Part shown: piece by piece, positions 58,451 through 64,000 of the stretch
How positions within the stretch are numbered: position 1 is the first letter of the stretch
Layout of the letters: each line of letters begins with the position of its first letter
Source: Calditrichales bacterium
GTDB lineage: Bacteria; Calditrichota; Calditrichia; Calditrichales; J004
Reading direction: 5' to 3'
NCBI GenBank assembly: GCA_965267575.1
Contig: OZ254086.1
Coordinates: forward strand, 288,001-352,000
Length of the DNA stretch: 64,000 nt
Notes under the pieces: generated by a model
Told to the model about the DNA's origin: nothing
What the model saw: only the letters and a program-made list of their open reading frames with translations
Databases searched by the model: none
Program-made: the position numbers and the translations under genes

Positions 58451-59359
58451 ATGGCCGTTTTAGAAGTCAGCCATATCACCAAACGGTATGGCGATTATGT
58501 CGCGGTAGATGATGTCTCTTTTCAGGTAGAAAGCGGACATATTTACGGCATGCTCGGGCCAAATGGCGCGGGCAAAACCACAACAATCCGTATGATCATG
58601 AATATCCTGGCCCCCGATGAGGGACATATCGCTCTGTTCGGATCAACCATGTCCGACGAGCTAAAGGCAAAAATCGGGTATTTGCCGGAGGAAAGGGGCC
58701 TTTATCCCAAAATGAACGTCACTGATATGCTTGTCTTTCTCGGCGAACTGCATGGTATGAAGGCGGCGGACGCGCGCCAAAAGGCCAATGAATGGATGCA
58801 GCGGCTCAAAATAGCTGAGAAGGCCGGGAACAAGGTGGAAGAGCTATCCAAGGGTATGCAGCAAAAACTGCAGATCATCGGCACCATTCTGCACAATCCC
58901 GATCTGATCATTCTGGACGAGCCTTTTTCAGGACTGGATCCGGTTAACGTAAATCTTATTAAAAACCTGATGATTGAACTGAAGGAATCCGGCAAATCGA
59001 TCATGCTTTCCACGCACATGATGGACGCCGCCGAAAAGCTGTGCGATGAAGTGCTGATGATAAACAAAGGCGTAAAGGTGCTGGACGGGAACCTGAACGA
59101 TGTGCTGAGCGAGTACGGCAAAAACAAGGTACATATCGAGTTTTCCGGCAACGGCCGTGTTCTGGAAAACATGGACGCCGTGAAGCGTGCCGACATCTAT
59201 GCCAACTATGCCGAACTTGAGCTGAATGACGGCCAGAAGCCTGCACAGTTATTAAAGGATGCGGTACAGCAGTTGGAAGTACATGGACTGCGCAGCCACC
59301 GCTCCAGCCTGAATGATATCTTTATAGCTCACGCGGGAGAGGAGGCCGAACATGCATAA
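58451..59359 (+). CDS. ABC transporter ATP-binding protein
   Basis: GPNGAGKT, LSKGMQQK, LDEPF. Confidence 0.93.
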   Translation: MAVLEVSHITKRYGDYVAVDDVSFQVESGHIYGMLGPNGAGKTTTIRMIMNILAPDEGHIALFGSTMSDELKAKIGYLPEERGLYPKMNVTDMLVFLGELHGMKAADARQKANEWMQRLKIAEKAGNKVEELSKGMQQKLQIIGTILHNPDLIILDEPFSGLDPVNVNLIKNLMIELKESGKSIMLSTHMMDAAEKLCDEVLMINKGVKVLDGNLNDVLSEYGKNKVHIEFSGNGRVLENMDAVKRADIYANYAELELNDGQKPAQLLKDAVQQLEVHGLRSHRSSLNDIFIAHAGEEAEHA

Positions 59360-60608
59360 GATATGGACTATCATAAAACGCGAATACAAAGAGACCGTTT
59401 TTAAAAAGAGCTTTATTATTCTGACATTGCTGACGCCTTTACTGATGGTAGCCATTGGCATTGTACCCTCGCTTCTGATCATGATGGAGAGCGAGGAGCC
59501 GAGCGTTATTTCCGTATATGACGAAAGCGGGGTTGTTAAAGGTAATCTTGAAGAGGCGCTGAGCGACACACTCAAAAACGGCCAGCCACGTTTTATCGTC
59601 AGTATTGTACAAGGCGCTTCAGGCGATGAGGCTGTAGAAAATCAAAAAAGCCAGGTTGAACAAGAGGTGGTGGACGGGTTTCTGTACATCCCGGAAAATA
59701 TCGCTTCCGAAGGCGAGCTGACTTTCTATTCTAAAAACGTGGCCAATTTTGACCTTAACAGGCGCATAAGGTCTGCCGTTAACGATATTGTTGTGGAGCA
59801 GCGTATCCAGGAATCCGGTTTGGACCCCGATAAAATAAAAGCGCTTACCGCGCGGGTAGGTCTGAAAACGGTGAAAATAAGTGCCGGCGGCCAGGAATCG
59901 GAAAGGGATTTTGGTGATGAGTACTTTTCCACTTTTATATTCGTGCTCATTCTTTACGTCACGCTGATCATTTACGGCAATGCCATCATGCGCAGCATCA
60001 TACAGGAGAAAACCAGCCGCATCATTGAAGTTATGCTTTCGTCGGTCAACCCTTTTCAAATGATGGCAGGTAAAATCCTGGGGCAGGGATCGGTTGGTCT
60101 TACGCAGTACGTTTTGTGGGCGCTTATTGGTATTGGCTTTTTTGTATACGGCGTAAAAGCGCTGCCGGTAAACGAAGATGCTTTCAGCTTTGGTCCGTCA
60201 ATTTTCGTTTATTTCGTGCTGTTCTATATCCTGGGTTATTTCCTGTTTGCCACGCTTTACGCGGCTATCGGTGCCGTAACCAACAACGATCAGGAAGCGC
60301 AGCAGATGTCAACGCCGCTGGTGCTTATGCTGGTTGTACCCCTGTTAATGCTTGGTTTTCTGGTCAAAAACCCGGACAGCACCGTGGTTGCGGTCATTTC
60401 GCAGATTCCCTTTTTCTCGCCGATTATCATGTTTGCCCGGATCAATCTGGCCACACCGCCATTCTGGGAAATCGCTTTATCGATTGTCATTCTGGTGGTA
60501 TCGATTATTGCTTCGATTGCTCTGGTAGCAAAGATCTACCGTGTGGGGATTTTGATGTACGGTAAGAGGCCGACACTTCCGGAAATACTCACCTGGATTA
60601 GAAAATAA
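59352..60608 (+). CDS. ABC-2 type permease (NatB/YhaP-like)
   Basis: EKTSRIIEVMLSS..GKILG motif. Confidence 0.88.
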   Translation: MHKIWTIIKREYKETVFKKSFIILTLLTPLLMVAIGIVPSLLIMMESEEPSVISVYDESGVVKGNLEEALSDTLKNGQPRFIVSIVQGASGDEAVENQKSQVEQEVVDGFLYIPENIASEGELTFYSKNVANFDLNRRIRSAVNDIVVEQRIQESGLDPDKIKALTARVGLKTVKISAGGQESERDFGDEYFSTFIFVLILYVTLIIYGNAIMRSIIQEKTSRIIEVMLSSVNPFQMMAGKILGQGSVGLTQYVLWALIGIGFFVYGVKALPVNEDAFSFGPSIFVYFVLFYILGYFLFATLYAAIGAVTNNDQEAQQMSTPLVLMLVVPLLMLGFLVKNPDSTVVAVISQIPFFSPIIMFARINLATPPFWEIALSIVILVVSIIASIALVAKIYRVGILMYGKRPTLPEILTWIRK

Positions 60609-60637
60609 AAAAAAGCCCCGGCATAACCGGGGCTTTC
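60607..60637. terminator. bidirectional intrinsic terminator
   Basis: AAAGCCCCGG-cataa-CCGGGGCTTT between convergent genes. Confidence 0.85.
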
Positions 60638-60641
60638 TGTT

Positions 60642-63600
60642 TTACTTAATAAAAAGCATCTTTTTCGTAAACACCCTTTCGCCTCCGCTGTTCAGTACAG
60701 CGGTCATCCTGTAAATATAGAACCCGCTGGACAGCACAACGCCATTTCCGTTCTGTGCCTGCCAGTCGATCTTATATGTACCCGGTGCGTGATTCTCGTT
60801 TTTCATCAGTGTAACTACTTTCTGCCCCAGCGTGTTGAATACTTCCAGGGTCAGTTCGGCAGTTTCCGCCACGCTGTATTCAATGCGCGTAGACGGGTTA
60901 AACGGATTGGGATAATTCTGAGCCAGGCTGAATTTGCGCGGAACAGCATCGGCAAAATCTTCCAGATCAGACACGACGTCTTCGCTAACATGCAGCGAGA
61001 TGTCGTCTATGTTCATCCCGGATTTATCTCCGCTTGCATCCGTGATCATTCGGAAGCGAAAGGTGAAGGTGCTGTTGCCGGCATACTCATTCAGATAAAC
61101 CGTTTCTTTTTTGAAACGAGGCAGTTCCGTACCGGTATAAGACTTTATTTGCTTCCACGTTTCACCTTCATCAACAGACACCTCGAGGAGGCAGCTGTCT
61201 TTATTCTCTTCGATATTATAACGCACATAATACTCCAGCCACATCGACTTATACGGCTCAAGATCAAAGTTATATTCGTATGTCAACGGGTTATTGGCGT
61301 TATTTTCGTAGTTGCCGGACGGACTGTCATCGATGGACGCGTCGCCGCTATTTTTGAGGCCGGAAAGTCCCCAACCCTGTCCGAGGTCCCACTTGAACGT
61401 CCCGGTTTCAAAACCATCAACAACTTCAACGGTATCGATCATAAAAGAGAAAGTGTCTGAAAGAGTCGTGTTTGACATGCTGGAAGAATCTGCCACGCTA
61501 AAGAAATAAGACACCTTATCACCTTTGTCCAGCAGATTTTCGCCCGAGGCATATTCAAAACTTCCGGCATAATTGTCATCGCCCTCCGGGTTTAGCACAA
61601 CGGGCATAAAAGCGCCGTCATTTACACTGTAATTGATTGTAACGTCGTCACTGCGAATACCAATGTTATCCTGTGCTTTTACCCGGAATTGGTAGCCTTC
61701 AGGGCGCTGGCGGTTCACCGTGTTCCAATACGGTTCGCTCAAAACGGTTAACGAAGGCGGCACGGCATCCGCTCCGCTGTAGAAAGAGACGGTGCCGAAA
61801 GGTGCGGCAGAACCGTCGGCCAGCAGAGCCTGGATGAAATAGTATATTCTCTGCTCATCCTCGCGCGCCGGAATCTGTCCGGTGTAGGTATCGGTTTCGA
61901 CGCCCGGCTCCATCGTCACCGGCTGGAAAGGATGGAGGCTATCGCTGTTCCAGTATAGCGTAACGCCGGCCAGATCGCTTTCGCTGCTAACGGTAACGTT
62001 TACATCAATTGGATCAAGACTCTCTGTATCCGTAAGCGTTTCATGCTGTACGTTAAGGCCGATAAGCCAGGCAAGTGTGCGCTCCGCCAGAACTTTGCGC
62101 GGATCATCTTCCACGACTGATTCCAGGCCGCCAAAGGCGAAATAAACCAACTTATATTCGCCATCATAACGAACGGCGCCGCTCCGGCCATTACCATAAC
62201 GCAGCAGGGATTCTGATCCGTCACGCGGGATAACTTCATCCGGATATTGTTGGTCACCGGCCCGCAGATTCAGGAAAACGCTAAATTCAAGACCATCTCC
62301 AATTGGGTCACCTTCAACGCCTGTTAAGGTATTAAATGAAGAAACGTCAGCCTGGTAATCGGCTTTAAGATAGTTCTGGTAAAATGTTCTGGACGCTCCA
62401 CCGGATTCCTGGAATTCACCGCCGCCATCATCGGCGAGGTCCCAACCGATATCCTGGCCGGATATAAAAAGACGTCCACCGGCATCAAGGTAGTTGGAAA
62501 TCAATGTACGGTCCAGGCCATTAAGCGAAGGGAATGTCCATTCGCAGCTCCAGATAACAGCCGCAAATCGTTGCATTTCGCTTAAAGACAATGTGTCCAA
62601 GGACGTCTTGTTAATAAGCTTGTACGCCACATTGCCTTGTTGTAAAAAGTCTGTATAAAAACTCAGATTGCTATTCGCAATAGGGTCGCCTTCATGGTCT
62701 GCCACAACCAACACAGACGGTGAAACTGCAAAATCAAACATTATTGGTTGATTATACCCGTTGCCGTCTGAAAAAGTAACTTCAAGCTTTGTGTTGTAAG
62801 CATAGGCAGACTCATCCGCGGAAATAGTAAAATCCACAGATGTCGTATTGTTTTCCTGGTTTAAAATACCACCAACGGACGTGATCATATCCGTATTATC
62901 GTCAAGGTTAATGGGCCAATTTTCGGTCGTATTCAGGGTTGCGATAACGTTCTCCGCGTCAGCCCAGTTATTTTTCAAATAGACGCGCAGGATTGCGGTT
63001 TCACCTGGATCCAGTTTGCCGTTGTCTAAAGTTTTTCCAGCCAAATCAGTGTCAATAACACTGATGCTGTCAATGACAAATTCCGGATAACTCTGCACTG
63101 TTTCGGTTACTGCCCGGAAAGCATTTACGCGACCGGTGCCCAGTTTCTCGCGATACTGGAAATTAATACCATCTATATCATCGGCCGTTTTGCGCACTTG
63201 ATCAAACAATTCGATCACACCCAGCTCTGGCATGTGCGCCTTGACCAATCCCGCCACACTGGCCACCAGCGGTGCAGCCATGGAAGTACCCTGAAATTCT
63301 ACATACTTGTTATCGCTGTAAAAATCCGAAGGATGTACTACACTGCTCAAAATTCCTTCCTGATTCCCGTTTTGAAAATCGCCGCCGGGAGCCGATACGG
63401 TTACAAAATCTCCATATGTTGAATAATATGCCTTCTTATCTTCATTGCTTAGCGAAGCGACCGTCATAACCCACGGTTGTATGCCAAGGGCGCTCGGATT
63501 TTCATTATCACCGTTCCCAGCCGACTCAACAATAAGGACGCCTTTCAGAAAGGCATAAAAGGCCGCGTCAACGATTGCCCTGCCGGAATTGCCGGAGCTT

Positions 63601-64000
63601 TGGTTTGTAATATCGGCGCCATTGTCGGCCGCATAAACGTAAGCCTCGGCGGCAAAATCGCTTCTTACAAAACCAGTGCCCCCGGAAGAACGCCAGCCAA
63701 TGCGCAAAGGCATAACCCGCGCACCGGAAGAAACGGAAGCAATACCAAGATTGTTATTGGTATGTCCCGCGGCAATACCGGCCACATGCGTACCATGACC
63801 GCCAAAATCCATGGGGTCATTGTCCTGCTCATCAGCATCTTCCTTCGGATCTGCGCCGCTAATACCACGCACAAAGTCCCAGCCTCGAATATCATCAACG
63901 AAACCGTTTTCATCATCATCAATGCCGTTCCCGGCGATTTCATCATCGTTTACCCAAATGACGCCGCTCAAATCTTCATGGTCCCAATCGACCCCGGAAT
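60642..64000 (-). CDS. S8 subtilase with accessory domains and C-terminal sorting domain, 5'-truncated by window edge
   Basis: [28 protein letters not shown]. Confidence 0.92.
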   Translation of the reverse strand, partial: SGVDWDHEDLSGVIWVNDDEIAGNGIDDDENGFVDDIRGWDFVRGISGADPKEDADEQDNDPMDFGGHGTHVAGIAAGHTNNNLGIASVSSGARVMPLRIGWRSSGGTGFVRSDFAAEAYVYAADNGADITNQSSGNSGRAIVDAAFYAFLKGVLIVESAGNGDNENPSALGIQPWVMTVASLSNEDKKAYYSTYGDFVTVSAPGGDFQNGNQEGILSSVVHPSDFYSDNKYVEFQGTSMAAPLVASVAGLVKAHMPELGVIELFDQVRKTADDIDGINFQYREKLGTGRVNAFRAVTETVQSYPEFVIDSISVIDTDLAGKTLDNGKLDPGETAILRVYLKNNWADAENVIATLNTTENWPINLDDNTDMITSVGGILNQENNTTSVDFTISADESAYAYNTKLEVTFSDGNGYNQPIMFDFAVSPSVLVVADHEGDPIANSNLSFYTDFLQQGNVAYKLINKTSLDTLSLSEMQRFAAVIWSCEWTFPSLNGLDRTLISNYLDAGGRLFISGQDIGWDLADDGGGEFQESGGASRTFYQNYLKADYQADVSSFNTLTGVEGDPIGDGLEFSVFLNLRAGDQQYPDEVIPRDGSESLLRYGNGRSGAVRYDGEYKLVYFAFGGLESVVEDDPRKVLAERTLAWLIGLNVQHETLTDTESLDPIDVNVTVSSESDLAGVTLYWNSDSLHPFQPVTMEPGVETDTYTGQIPAREDEQRIYYFIQALLADGSAAPFGTVSFYSGADAVPPSLTVLSEPYWNTVNRQRPEGYQFRVKAQDNIGIRSDDVTINYSVNDGAFMPVVLNPEGDDNYAGSFEYASGENLLDKGDKVSYFFSVADSSSMSNTTLSDTFSFMIDTVEVVDGFETGTFKWDLGQGWGLSGLKNSGDASIDDSPSGNYENNANNPLTYEYNFDLEPYKSMWLEYYVRYNIEENKDSCLLEVSVDEGETWKQIKSYTGTELPRFKKETVYLNEYAGNSTFTFRFRMITDASGDKSGMNIDDISLHVSEDVVSDLEDFADAVPRKFSLAQNYPNPFNPSTRIEYSVAETAELTLEVFNTLGQKVVTLMKNENHAPGTYKIDWQAQNGNGVVLSSGFYIYRMTAVLNSGGERVFTKKMLFIK

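Overview
Bacterial window with three parts. (1) A backbone of moderate GC: amtB-glnK, trmH, a TetR-led ABC operon, kynU, a histidine kinase/HDOD/HD operon, dprA, obgE, a porV-like gene, murI and an amidase. It also encodes five large secreted enzymes ending in a 'PNPFNPxTxI' sorting domain. An FCB/Calditrichota-like host is inferred, not proven. (2) An AT-rich island at about 1-17 kb. Its first 9.7 kb is a plus-strand gene-cassette array delimited by non-canonical attC-like hairpins (AAC-N3-stem...stem-N5/6-GTT), and all three intact sites have A.C mismatches at stem positions 7 and 12. The cassettes include a mercury-resistance operon, a putative type II R-M pair and a serine hydrolase; in these three the 5' GTT-motif is the exact reverse complement (9-10 bp) of the 3' AAC-motif. 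(3) A second, minus-strand array at 44.2-47.1 kb with three canonical attC sites, one cassette of which encodes a proteasome-beta/HslV-like Thr-protease candidate. No integrase, tRNA, rRNA or CRISPR was seen. Intergenic regions carry several REP-like families, including a ~300 bp inverted repeat pair bracketing two ABC permease genes. All calls come from reading sequence and motifs by eye; no searches were run.
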